Assembly: GCA_033551855.1 (NCBI GenBank) | Contig: JAWSUI010000041.1 | Coordinates: forward strand, 1-35,455 | Direction of reading: 5' to 3' | Source of the DNA: Deferrisomatales bacterium | GTDB taxonomy: Bacteria > Desulfobacterota > Deferrisomatia > Deferrisomatales > JACRMM01 | DNA: 35,455 nt | Shown: positions 1-8,035 of the stretch, in pieces | Numbering within the stretch: the stretch's first letter is position 1 | Layout: each line of letters opens with the position of its first letter | The notes under the pieces: model-generated | What the model was told of the DNA's origin: nothing | Databases searched by the model: none | What the model saw: the letters and a program-made list of their open reading frames with translations, nothing else | Made by a program: the position numbers and the translations under genes

Positions 1-1
1 A

Positions 2-169
2 GAGTATCCCGCGCTTCGAAAGAGGTATTGGGGACAACACATCTGGGCTCGAGGCTACTTTTGTGCTTCGTCGGGAGCGGTGACGGACGACATGATCCGA
101 GCGTACATCGAGAACCAGAGCGTACCGCCCGACGATGGGTTCAAGGTGGACGACGAAGCACGGGCTTGA
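2..169 (+). CDS. tnpA: IS200/IS605-family TnpA (Y1 transposase), C-terminal part; 5' end lies outside the window
   Basis: Manual translation of frame 2: EYPALRKRYWGQHIWARGYFCASSGAVTDDMIRAYIENQ...EARA*. W-x-RGYF and YIENQ (catalytic Tyr) are typical of IS200 TnpA. Not in the ORF track. Confidence 0.88.
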   Translation, partial: EYPALRKRYWGQHIWARGYFCASSGAVTDDMIRAYIENQSVPPDDGFKVDDEARA

Positions 170-171
170 GC

Positions 172-261
172 CGGCTTTCAGCCGCAGAGCAGCGGCTTCA
201 GCCGCCATCGGCGACTTTCAGTCGCAATCCAACCTACCGGCTTCAGCCGGTAGGTTGTTGA
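172..261 (+). repeat. IS200 right-end palindrome cluster (four related hairpins)
   Basis: cggc-tttca-gccg (172-184), gcggc-ttca-gccgc (192-205), gcgac-tttca-gtcgc (211-225), caacctaccggc-ttca-gccggtaggttg (230-257). Confidence 0.8.
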
Positions 262-389
262 GTTGCATTGCAAGCCCGGCCAGGGTGACAGCGGTGGTAA
301 CGGTGTTTCCCGCCAGCGTCAGCTGCGCGCCATCCAGTTGGTAGCGCTGATAGCGGCGGGTGTCAAGGTAGTTGTCGCCTCGGGTCACG

Positions 390-1353
390 TCATGCAGCGT
401 CTCGAAGGGGGGGCTGCTCCCCCCTCAGGGTTGGGTTGAGGTAGACGGCATCGACGGGTTGCCAGTTTCGCGTGTTCTGAGCCCAGCGCCAGGCGACGAA
501 CCCGTCCACCCAGCCCTGGGCGAGCGTGAGGCCGGCAAAGGGTTGGGACGGGAATCCCGGCCGGTATTTGAGAGTCCGAAAGAGGGCCTCAGAGTAGGGA
601 TTGTCGTCACTGACCCGGGGGCGGCTAAAGGACGCCACGACGCCCAGCTTCTGGAGCGTGGCCAGCATCGTCGCCCCCTTCATCGGGCCGCCGTTGTCGG
701 AGTGCAGGACCAGCCCGTCGGGGTCCAGGCCCAACCGGCGGCAGGCCTGCACAAAGAGCCGTGACGCGTGCTCGTTGGACTCCTCCGCATGGACCGTGGC
801 GGCGACGATCTTTCGGCTCCACACGTCCAGGATCACGTAGAGGTAGAAGAATTGCCCCGAGATCGGGCTCTTCAGATACGTGATGTCCCAGGACCACACC
901 TGGCAGGGCCCTGTGGCCACGTGCTCGCGTGGCCGACGCGAGGTGGCCGGCCGGGAGGGTGCCCGGTGGGTGAGCTGACCCTGCTCCCGCAGCACCCGGT
1001 AGAAGGTCGACTCCGAGGCGATGTAGTCGCCCTGATCCGCCAGGCGCGGCACGATCTGCTGGGGCGAGAGATCCCGAAACGCCGGGGCGTTGGCGATGCC
1101 GAGCACCCGGTCTCGCTCGGCCGGCGTGAGCTTGTTGGAGGGCGCCGTGTGCGGGCCACGCCGGCGATCCGCACCGTCGTCCTGCTGTCGCCAACGCTGG
1201 AGGGTGCGCGCAGTCAGCCCAAGGGCCTCGACAGCAGCCTCCTTTCTCGCGCCGCCGCGGGGGGCCTCATCGACCAAGCCCGCGATCATCTGCCGCTCTT
1301 CTTCTTGCCCATGGGGGCGTCCGCGTCCCCCCAGAGGGCCTGGACTTTTTTTT
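390..1353 (-). pseudogene. IS3-family OrfB DDE transposase with a probable in-frame C-terminal deletion
   Basis: WSWDITY, LHSDNG and SRPRVSDDNPYSEALFRTLKY DDE motifs. FVAW joins directly to RWAQNTRNW, lacking the usual YN..HRHS.I..VTP segment. Confidence 0.8.
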
Positions 1354-1681
1354 GGAACACCAGCAGCGCCGCCGTCTCGGCCAAGGCCTTGTCCTTGCGG
1401 TCCAACTCCTTTTCCAGCTCCCGAATGCGGCGCGCGCCTGCGGTGGAGGGCTTGGCTCCCGTGCGCTGCGGGTGGCTCTGGAGCCCGGCGAGGATGATCG
1501 TGCGCCACTCCTGCAGCTGGGCCTCGTGGAGCCCCTTGCGGCGCAGGAAGGCCCCCATCTCGTCCTCGCCGAGCGCCTGCGCCTCGAAGACGGCGTTGAG
1601 TTTCTCCTCGGGGGACCAGTCTCGGGGGCGCTTGGGTGTCATGGGCTGTTCACGTCCTTGGACAGGGGGAGCGATCGACAC
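1286..1681 (-). CDS. IS3-family OrfA, N-terminal HTH apparently missing
   Basis: WSPEEKLNAV...FLRRKGLHEAQLQEW...LEKELDRKDKALAETAALLVFQKKVQALWG is a typical OrfA C-terminal half. Confidence 0.8.
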   Translation of the reverse strand: MSIAPPVQGREQPMTPKRPRDWSPEEKLNAVFEAQALGEDEMGAFLRRKGLHEAQLQEWRTIILAGLQSHPQRTGAKPSTAGARRIRELEKELDRKDKALAETAALLVFQKKVQALWGDADAPMGKKKSGR

Positions 1682-1810
1682 AGGGGGTTTTCGGAGAGCG
1701 CGCGCAACCCCCAGGGTTGCACCCGAACCCCAGGCGGTGGGTTTCGAAATAGAGAATCAGGGTAAATGTGCGGGCGGGCGTAAGTCGGCGTGGACACGCC
1801 AGAAACGACG

Positions 1811-1840
1811 AGACCCCGTGGGGTGATCCCCACGGGGTCT
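1811..1840 (-). terminator. GC-rich hairpin downstream of tRNA-Asn
   Basis: agaccccgtggg...cccacggggtct 12-bp inverted repeat, about 40 nt 3' of the tRNA. Confidence 0.55.
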
Positions 1841-1880
1841 TGCTTTAAACAAGAACCGCTGAAATCAGCGGATTGAATTT

Positions 1881-1956
1881 TGGCTCCGGTGGTAGGACTC
1901 GAACCTACAACCCTGCGGTTAACAGCCGCATGCTCTGCCGATTGAGCTACACCGGA
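1881..1956 (-). tRNA. tRNA-Asn(GTT)
   Basis: TCCGGTGTAGCTCAATCGGCAGAGCATGCGGCTGTTAACCGCAGGGTTGTAGGTTCGAGTCCTACCACCGGAGCCA; full cloverleaf with encoded CCA. Confidence 0.97.
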
Positions 1957-2013
1957 AGAAACCGTCGTTTCGGCCTGTTGAGGGGCGGAACGCCCCGGAG
2001 TGCCGAGGGCCGT

Positions 2014-2043
2014 CTTATACCCGCTCGCCGGGGGGGGCGTCAA
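2014..2043 (-). promoter_or_regulatory. sigma70-type promoter of tRNA-Asn
   Basis: TTGACG-18nt-TATAAG on the minus strand, upstream of the tRNA. Confidence 0.6.
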
Positions 2044-2077
2044 ATGGAAAACCCGGGTCGAACGGCTCGCCACAACC

Positions 2078-2106
2078 GAAGAGGGGCCCCTGGTGGGCCC
2101 CTCTTC
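2078..2106 (-). terminator. Hairpin downstream of the sigma factor gene
   Basis: gaagaggggccc-ctggt-gggcccctcttc, about 20 nt after the stop codon. Confidence 0.6.
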
Positions 2107-2127
2107 AACACTCCCCGGCCGGCCGGC

Positions 2128-3024
2128 TCAGGCCAGCTCGCGGAAGTGCACGCCTTCCTCGGCGAAGGCATCCTGCAGCTTTGCCAGCGCCTCCACCTGG
2201 ATCTGCCGGATGCGCTCGCGGGTGACCCCGAACACCTTTCCGATCCGCTCCAAGGTCATCGGCTCGTCGTCCTCGAGGCCGAAGCGCAGGTCCAGGATCC
2301 TCTTCTCCCGGTCGTTGAGGATCGTGAGCTTGCTCCGGAGGCACCGCTTGATCTTCTCCGCGTGGATCTCCTCCACAGGATCCGGCACGCTCGGGTCCTC
2401 GAGCTTGTCCTGGAGCGTGAAGTCCCCATCGACGTCCAGGGCCTGATCGATGGAGAGGATCTTGCGTCGGATGGACAGCAGCCGCCGGACGTAGGCCTCC
2501 GTGAAGCCCGTCTCGGCGGCCAGTTCTTCCTCGGTGGGAGGCCTGCGGAAGAGGCGGTTCAGGTTCTCGGTGACCCGGTTGAGTCGATCGATATCGTCGG
2601 AGACGTGCACGGGCAGCCGGATCGTGCGCACCTGGTTCGTCAGCGCCCGCTCGATGGACTGGCGGATCCACCAAGTGGCGTAGGTGGAGAAGCGGCACCC
2701 CTTGGACGCCTTGAACCGTTCCACGGCCTTGATCAGGCCCACGTTGCCTTCCTCGATGAGGTCCATGAAGGGGAGGCCGCGGTTCACGTAGCGTTTTGCG
2801 ATCTTGACGACGAGGCGAAGGTTCGACTCGATCATCCGGCTGCGTGCGGCTTCGTCGCCCTTTTCGATCCGCAGGGCGAGCTCGATCTCCTCCTGGGGGG
2901 TCAGCAGGCGGGTCTTGCGGATGTCGCGCAGGTACAGCCCCATGGAGCTGCCGGGGGCGGCAGGGGCCCGCTTGGTCTCCGGTTCCAGGGTCTCGGGGAA
3001 GACGGCAGCCGCTTCTGGACTCAT
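2128..3024 (-). CDS. rpoS: RNA polymerase sigma factor, RpoS-like (group 2 sigma70)
   Basis: Region 1.2 (LYLRDI..LLT), region 2 ([12 protein letters not shown]...[17 protein letters not shown]...[10 protein letters not shown]), region 4 ([18 protein letters not shown]); no region 1.1. Confidence 0.85.
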   Translation of the reverse strand: MSPEAAAVFPETLEPETKRAPAAPGSSMGLYLRDIRKTRLLTPQEEIELALRIEKGDEAARSRMIESNLRLVVKIAKRYVNRGLPFMDLIEEGNVGLIKAVERFKASKGCRFSTYATWWIRQSIERALTNQVRTIRLPVHVSDDIDRLNRVTENLNRLFRRPPTEEELAAETGFTEAYVRRLLSIRRKILSIDQALDVDGDFTLQDKLEDPSVPDPVEEIHAEKIKRCLRSKLTILNDREKRILDLRFGLEDDEPMTLERIGKVFGVTRERIRQIQVEALAKLQDAFAEEGVHFRELA

Positions 3025-3141
3025 CGATCCCTCCTGGCAGGGGTCAGCGTTCCGACGCGTTCACCATAGCGGAGGGGGTTGGGGGTGCCTAGGGGGGGGG
3101 CGGCGCTTTTACCCGGTGGGGTATCAAGTCTACCCAGTCGG

Positions 3142-4140
3142 TTATCTTTCCCCCGGACCCTGGGTCGAGAAACCCTCCTCCAGGGCGCGCACCAGGCAGG
3201 ACATGACCCGGTGGGCCGGCGTCGGGACGCCGAGCCGTTGCCCCTCGCGGCAGAGGGCCTCGTTCAGGCTATCGATCTCCGTGCGCCGGCGGGCCTCCAC
3301 GTCCTGGAGCATGGAGATCTTGTTGTCCCGTACCCCAGCCAGGGCCCACCGGCAGAACTCCCCCGGCCTGTCGAGCTCCGGGAACGCGAGCCTCCGGGCC
3401 CGGGCCACGGCGGCCGCCTCTTCTGCCAACAGGTCCACCAGGTCGCAGAGGGGGGGGCTGGCCAGGATGCGGGCTCCGGTGCGGCCGGTCACGGCAGCCA
3501 CGGGATTGGTGGAGACGTTGGCGATGAGCTTTCGCCACAGGGCGGGGGCTACGTCGTCGAGGACGTGGACTTCGAAGCCGAGGTGCGCGAGGCTGCTGCG
3601 CAGTTCCTCCAGCAGCGGGCGAAAGGGGAAGGTGGTCCTCGGGTCCAATGGGCCGGCCGCGACCAGCGGGCCCGCACCCCCCGCCCAACGGACCCGGTCC
3701 TCCCCCAGGGCCTGTCCGCTGTGGGCGGTCACCCCGCCGAGCACGCGGTCTCCCCCCGCGGTCTCCGCGAGGGTTTCCAGGTTTCCGAGACCGTTCTGGA
3801 CGGAAAGCACGGCCGTCTCGGGCCCCAGGAGGGGGACGAGGTCTCGGGCGGCGCCCCGGGTGTCATAGCCCTTGACCGATACCTGGACGAGATCGAAGGG
3901 GCCGAGCCCTTCGGGGAGCGGGTAGCCCACGGCCGGCCCGCCGACCCGAGCCTCGTCTCCGTCAGGCAATTCCAGCATGACGCCGTCGGAGGCGAGGCGG
4001 TCCACCCGGCGGGGATCCTTGTCCACGAGGAGCACGCGGTGGCCGGCCCGGCGGTACAGGTGGCCGAAGATGGACCCGATCACCCCGGCGCCCACGATCG
4101 CGATCCGGAGGGGTCCGGAGGGATGCCCGCCCTGCCGCAT
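3142..4140 (-). CDS. panE: 2-dehydropantoate 2-reductase (ketopantoate reductase)
   Basis: IAIVGAGVIG, VKGYD, QNGLG, WRKLIANVSTNP, SMLQD...TEIDSLN; start reassigned to the ATG at 4140. Confidence 0.9.
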   Translation of the reverse strand: MRQGGHPSGPLRIAIVGAGVIGSIFGHLYRRAGHRVLLVDKDPRRVDRLASDGVMLELPDGDEARVGGPAVGYPLPEGLGPFDLVQVSVKGYDTRGAARDLVPLLGPETAVLSVQNGLGNLETLAETAGGDRVLGGVTAHSGQALGEDRVRWAGGAGPLVAAGPLDPRTTFPFRPLLEELRSSLAHLGFEVHVLDDVAPALWRKLIANVSTNPVAAVTGRTGARILASPPLCDLVDLLAEEAAAVARARRLAFPELDRPGEFCRWALAGVRDNKISMLQDVEARRRTEIDSLNEALCREGQRLGVPTPAHRVMSCLVRALEEGFSTQGPGER

Positions 4141-4269
4141 CGGTGCCTCGCGATCCCCCCGGTGGTTTTCTCTCCTGGCCGACCTGTGCCACACTGACGC
4201 CGCCCACCGGCGCGGGATGGCCGAGACAGGGTGGGGTAGGCGGCGGCCGATGTCAATGCGGCAGCGGCT

Positions 4270-4471
4270 CCGGGATTCCCCGCCTGCTCGGCAAACGGGG
4301 TCCGGGAGCCCCTGCGCTTCGCTCCGCAACCCGCAGGGATTCCGAAGGGTGTCCCAGCAGGCCCCGGTGCGCCGGGCTTCACCCGCTTGCGCCGGACTCG
4401 GCGGGCCGGTCGATGCGGTACGGGGCTCCCGGGCTCCCGGACTCGGCCCACGGTGTGGCAGTGGATTCTGG
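4270..4471 (-). mobile_element. MITE family A, copy 1 (IS1380-like ends)
   Basis: Homologous to 10197-10404, 24523-24729 and 33265-33472; imperfect 15-bp TIRs ccgggattccccgcc / ggcagtggattctgg; no clean TSD. Confidence 0.8.
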
Positions 4472-4605
4472 CGTTCTTCGATGCGCCTGCCGGGGGCCTC
4501 GAGGCTCGGCGTACGTCCCGAAGCAGGGAAGGGGAGACACCCCATGCCTCACCGAGGGGTACACAGCGCGGGACCCCGGGGGTTTTCTCCTGGCAGGGTG
4601 TCGCG

Positions 4606-5844
4606 GTGGTGACAGCAGGCGTGCTCCTGGCAGCAGGCGCGTCCCGCCGCATGGGGAACGTGAACAAGCTCCTCCTCCCGGTGGGGGGGATACCCATCGT
4701 GCGGCGCGTCGCGCGGGCCATGCTCGAAGGCGGGCTCTCCCCGGTGGTCGTGGTATTGGGGGCCGACGGGGCGGCCGTGCGCAGCGCCCTGGAGGGCCTG
4801 CCTGTCCGGTTCGTGACCAACCCGTGGCACGAGGAGGGTATGGGCACCTCGGTGGCCGCCGGCGTGGGGGCGTTGGGGGCGAAAACGGCTGCCGCGGCGG
4901 TCGTCCTGGGGGATCTGCCGGGTCTCCGACCCCGAGAAGTCCGCGCCGTGGCCGATGGCTTCGCCGCTTCCCGGCGGGGCATCGCTCTGCCGGTGCGGGA
5001 GGGGCGGCGCGGTCACCCGGTCGTGTTCGACCTCGGCCGCTACCGGGGGCGTCTGACGGCCCTGGGGGGGGACGAGGGCGCACGTGCCCTCCTCGCCGAG
5101 CATCCCGAGGACGTGGTGGAGGTCGAGGTGGAAGATGCCGGCGTCCTGGAGGATCTGGACACGCCGGGTCAGTACCGGAGGCTCGAGACGGGAGGGCTCG
5201 TGGGAGACGCGCAAGGCTCGGCGATGGCGGGAGGCGGCGAGGACCGTCTGCGCGACCCGGTGATCCTCCGGGAGCTCAACGACCTGTGGGGCTCGGTCTA
5301 CCCCTGGCTCGCGGGGCATCTGCTGGCGGCTGCCGGCTCGACCTCGGGCCGCCTCCTGGAGTTGGGACCCTTTTCCGGGGGTATCTCGGTGGAGGTCCTT
5401 GTCCGATGTGAGGGCTTCGAGGCGGTCGTGCAGGACGAGGGCGACCCCGTGCTGCGCTGGGCGGAGGAACGGGCCCGGAGCCACGGGGTGGGGAGTCGGC
5501 TTCGCACCCGGCGGGACTCTCTTGTTCCCCTTCCCTGGCCCGACGGGTGCTTCGACGTGGTCGTGGTGCGAGGGGCGTTCTTCTTCCTCGGCCCGGACCT
5601 GTTGCGTGAGGTGCATCGGGTGCTGCGTCCGGGCGGCTTCGGATGGGTGGGTGGCGGGTACGGCCCCGGTACCCCCGAGGAGGTCATCCGCCCCATGGCC
5701 GATCTGTCGCGGCAGCTCAACGGAGCCCTCGGCAAGCGCTGGGTCTCTGCCCCTGGGGCGGCCCAGTTGGTGGAGGATGCGGGCCTCCGGGACAACGCGA
5801 GGGTCAGTGGGGAGGGGGGGCTCTGGATCGAGGTGCGGGGGTGA
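4606..5844 (+). CDS. MocA/YgfJ-like molybdenum cofactor nucleotidyltransferase fused to a class I SAM methyltransferase
   Basis: LLAAGASRRMG..NKLLL, GMGTS, LGDLP, GHPV.F, GDEGAR, DLDTP, then in frame LLELGPFSGG and LPWPDGCFDVVVVRGAFFF...EVHRVLRPGG; start approximate (GTG). Confidence 0.8.
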   Translation: MVTAGVLLAAGASRRMGNVNKLLLPVGGIPIVRRVARAMLEGGLSPVVVVLGADGAAVRSALEGLPVRFVTNPWHEEGMGTSVAAGVGALGAKTAAAAVVLGDLPGLRPREVRAVADGFAASRRGIALPVREGRRGHPVVFDLGRYRGRLTALGGDEGARALLAEHPEDVVEVEVEDAGVLEDLDTPGQYRRLETGGLVGDAQGSAMAGGGEDRLRDPVILRELNDLWGSVYPWLAGHLLAAAGSTSGRLLELGPFSGGISVEVLVRCEGFEAVVQDEGDPVLRWAEERARSHGVGSRLRTRRDSLVPLPWPDGCFDVVVVRGAFFFLGPDLLREVHRVLRPGGFGWVGGGYGPGTPEEVIRPMADLSRQLNGALGKRWVSAPGAAQLVEDAGLRDNARVSGEGGLWIEVRG

Positions 5845-6617
5845 GGCAGGTGCCCGGCGGCGGTCTCGCAGACGCGTTGGGTGCCTCGAGCGGCGGCCTG
5901 ATCTCCCTGGTGGGAGGAGGGGGAAAGACGACAGCGCTGTATCGCCTCGTGGGGGAGTGGCGTGGACGGGGCCTTCGGGCCTTTGCCGCCACCACCACGA
6001 GGATCGCCGTTCCCGAGCCGGGGGAGCCGGAGCTGCGGTTGGCGGAGACGTGGGAGGCGCTGCACCACGTTGTCCAGACCCGCTCAAAGCATCCGGTGGT
6101 CCTCGGTCGGCGGGTGCTTTCCGAGGGGAAGGTCGAAGGCCTCCCGCCGGAGTGGTGCTCTCGGATCTTCGCCGAAGGCCTCGCGAAGGCACTGGCAGTG
6201 GAGGCGGACGGGGCAGCCCGTCTACCGGTCAAGGCCCCGGCCCCCTGGGAGCCGGTGGTCCCGGCGGCCACCACGGTGTTCGTGGCGGTGGTGGGCCTCT
6301 CCTGTCTCGGGAAACCACTGGACGGGAACAACGCCTTCCGGCCGGCCCGGGTTGGCGAGGCGGCGGGCTTGAGCTGGGGGGAGGCTATCGGGACCGGGTC
6401 CCTGGTGCGGCTCCTCCGTGCCCCGCAGGGGCTGGCCAAGGGGTGCCCCCCGGGTGCCGCGGCGGTGGCTCTCCTCAACCAGGCCGACGGGCCGAAGGGC
6501 GTGGCCGATGCCCGCGCGGTCGCCCAGGGGTTGCTCGAGCCCGGGGGCCTGTACGATCGGGTCGTGGCGGCCTCCCTGCGGACCGAGCCGCCCGTCCGGG
6601 CGGTGTGGCTGCGATAG
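5841..6617 (+). CDS. yqeC: Selenium-dependent molybdenum hydroxylase accessory protein YqeC
   Basis: ISLVGGGGKTT, TTTRI, VEADGAARLPVKAPAPWEPVVP, LLNQAD; GTGA overlap with the upstream stop codon. Confidence 0.88.
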   Translation: MRQVPGGGLADALGASSGGLISLVGGGGKTTALYRLVGEWRGRGLRAFAATTTRIAVPEPGEPELRLAETWEALHHVVQTRSKHPVVLGRRVLSEGKVEGLPPEWCSRIFAEGLAKALAVEADGAARLPVKAPAPWEPVVPAATTVFVAVVGLSCLGKPLDGNNAFRPARVGEAAGLSWGEAIGTGSLVRLLRAPQGLAKGCPPGAAAVALLNQADGPKGVADARAVAQGLLEPGGLYDRVVAASLRTEPPVRAVWLR

Positions 6618-6700
6618 GGCGCAGCCCGGGCGAAGCACGGCCGCGACGGGGGACGGAGACGAGGAGCGACGGGCACGAGAGCGAACGGAGGGGCGGCCGG

Positions 6701-7198
6701 ATGAGCCAGCGGGACGATCGGCAGGGGGTGCAACAGGGGCGTGTGGGGCCGGATCCGGTGGAGGCGATCCGCGCCGCCGCCCGTCGGGAGCCCTATGCCC
6801 GGAAGCTCGGGATGGAGTGCGTCGAGGTGGGCCGCGGGTGCTGCCGGGTGGAGATGACGCTCACCCACGAGATGCTGAACTTGTTCGGCACCGCCCACGG
6901 GGGCGCCGTCTTCAGCCTCATCGACGAGGCTTTCCAGATCGCCGGGAACTCCGAGGGCCTGACAGCCTATGCGCTCAACCTCTCGGTGACCTACGTGGCC
7001 GCTGGGCGCGCCGGCGATCGACTCGTGGCCGAGGCCCGGGAGGTGGCCGCGACCCGCCGTACCGCGTCGTACGAGATCCGGGTGACCCGTCCGAGCGGCG
7101 AAGTGGTCGCGCTCGCCCAGGCCCTGGCCTACCGAACCGGGGGCTTGCCGCCGTTCCTGCAGGAGGAGTCAGGGCCCGTCCAGGCCGGCCGGGACTGA
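6701..7198 (+). CDS. PaaI-family hotdog-fold thioesterase
   Basis: EPYARKLGM...MLNLFGTAHGGAVFSLIDEAF. Confidence 0.88.
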   Translation: MSQRDDRQGVQQGRVGPDPVEAIRAAARREPYARKLGMECVEVGRGCCRVEMTLTHEMLNLFGTAHGGAVFSLIDEAFQIAGNSEGLTAYALNLSVTYVAAGRAGDRLVAEAREVAATRRTASYEIRVTRPSGEVVALAQALAYRTGGLPPFLQEESGPVQAGRD

Positions 7199-7212
7199 GC
7201 GCCCGTGAAAGG

Positions 7213-7421
7213 GGTTCTTCCGGTATGCGACCGGGTGGGCCCGCCCACTCCGGCAGACGAGGCCGGGCTGCACGGTTGGTGTTCTCCACCGCCGCGTCCG
7301 GAGTCCTCGCGGCATCGCGACTCCCGAAGCGGCTGCTCCCGTCGAGCGGCCGTCCGCCTACGTGGTCGGGCCCACCCGATCGTCCCTGGGCACGAGTACC
7401 CGATCATTTCCCGGATGATCC
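7213..7421 (+). mobile_element. MITE family B, copy 1 (ISL3-like ends)
   Basis: ~24-bp TIRs GGTTCTTCCGG..GACCGGGT / ACCCGATCATTTCCCGGATGATCC; flanks gtgaaagg / gtgaaaga (7/8 TSD). Confidence 0.85.
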
Positions 7422-7500
7422 GTGAAAGAACCGTCTCCAGTAGACCGGGGAGGGCCCAACGGAGCCCGCCGGTCGTCCAGGGGCCGGATTCACGGCTACC

Positions 7501-7546
7501 GCTGGAGGCGCCACCCGGATTCGAACCGGGGATGGACGTCGTGCAG
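7501..7546 (-). repeat. Duplicated 3' half of tRNA-Cys (att-like site)
   Basis: 7501-7533 is identical to 9994-10026; the match extends to 46 bp with 4 mismatches in the anticodon arm. Confidence 0.9.
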
Positions 7547-7784
7547 GGCAATCGCCCGGGGTGATTGTTTCTTCCCGGTTTTCCAACCTCCTGCCCGTAC
7601 AGGGTTTTCTTGCCGTCCTTCGGAATCTCTCGGCTCTCTCCGAGGGGATTTTGGGTTTGTCACGGTGACAGAATCGTTACAGCCGCCGGCCCTGCTTCCC
7701 AGCGTCTTTCCGGTCAGTGTACGGTAACCCTCCGAGGCCCGCCAAGACGGCAAGCTCGCCGAGCGCAGGCCAGCACCTCACGCG

Positions 7785-7913
7785 CCCGACGAACAGGAGG
7801 CCCTCGTGGAGATCGTCCGCCGCCGCCCGGCGGAGCGTTGCCGCGAGCGCCGGACCGCCGAAGCGGAACAGGCTCGGGCCGAGCACGGCCGGGGCGAGTC
7901 TCGCCGGCTCGTG
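7785..7913 (+). pseudogene. Remnant of a small antitoxin-like helical protein
   Basis: PDEQEALVEIVRRRPAERCRERRTAEAEQARAEHGRGESR resembles small proteins found beside RelE/YafQ toxins (recalled, not searched); no convincing N-terminus. Confidence 0.35.
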
Positions 7914-8035
7914 GGCCTGCCGGGCAGGCTACGATTTGCGCATCCTCGAAGGGTGAATCGGGAAGGACCGGCGGGGCACGATGGAAGACGAGGAGCCCGG
8001 GGAGGCGAGCGCTTCCTCCCCGGGCCCGAGACACG

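Larger units (their letters stand above)
361..1681 (-). mobile_element. IS3-family insertion sequence, damaged (left end not found, internal deletion in orfB)
   Basis: Right end TGTCAAGGTAGTTGTCGC at 361; overlapping orfA/orfB with an A8G slippery site at 1345-1353; no matching left IR seen. Confidence 0.85.

Noticed and set aside
172..257. CRISPR-like array
   Set aside because: Units of 13-28 nt with 4-7 nt gaps, no cas genes, and directly after tnpA.
4480..4600. Possible Moco riboswitch upstream of the MocA-like gene (cagggaaggggagacaccccatgcctc)
   Set aside because: Only a partial resemblance; the 5' CUCCGA/CCUAAG elements and 3' GGAAAGG are not visible. An Rfam scan would settle it.
7501..7575. 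Second functional tRNA-Cys
   Set aside because: No D arm or 5' acceptor strand and a broken anticodon stem; treated as an att-like repeat.
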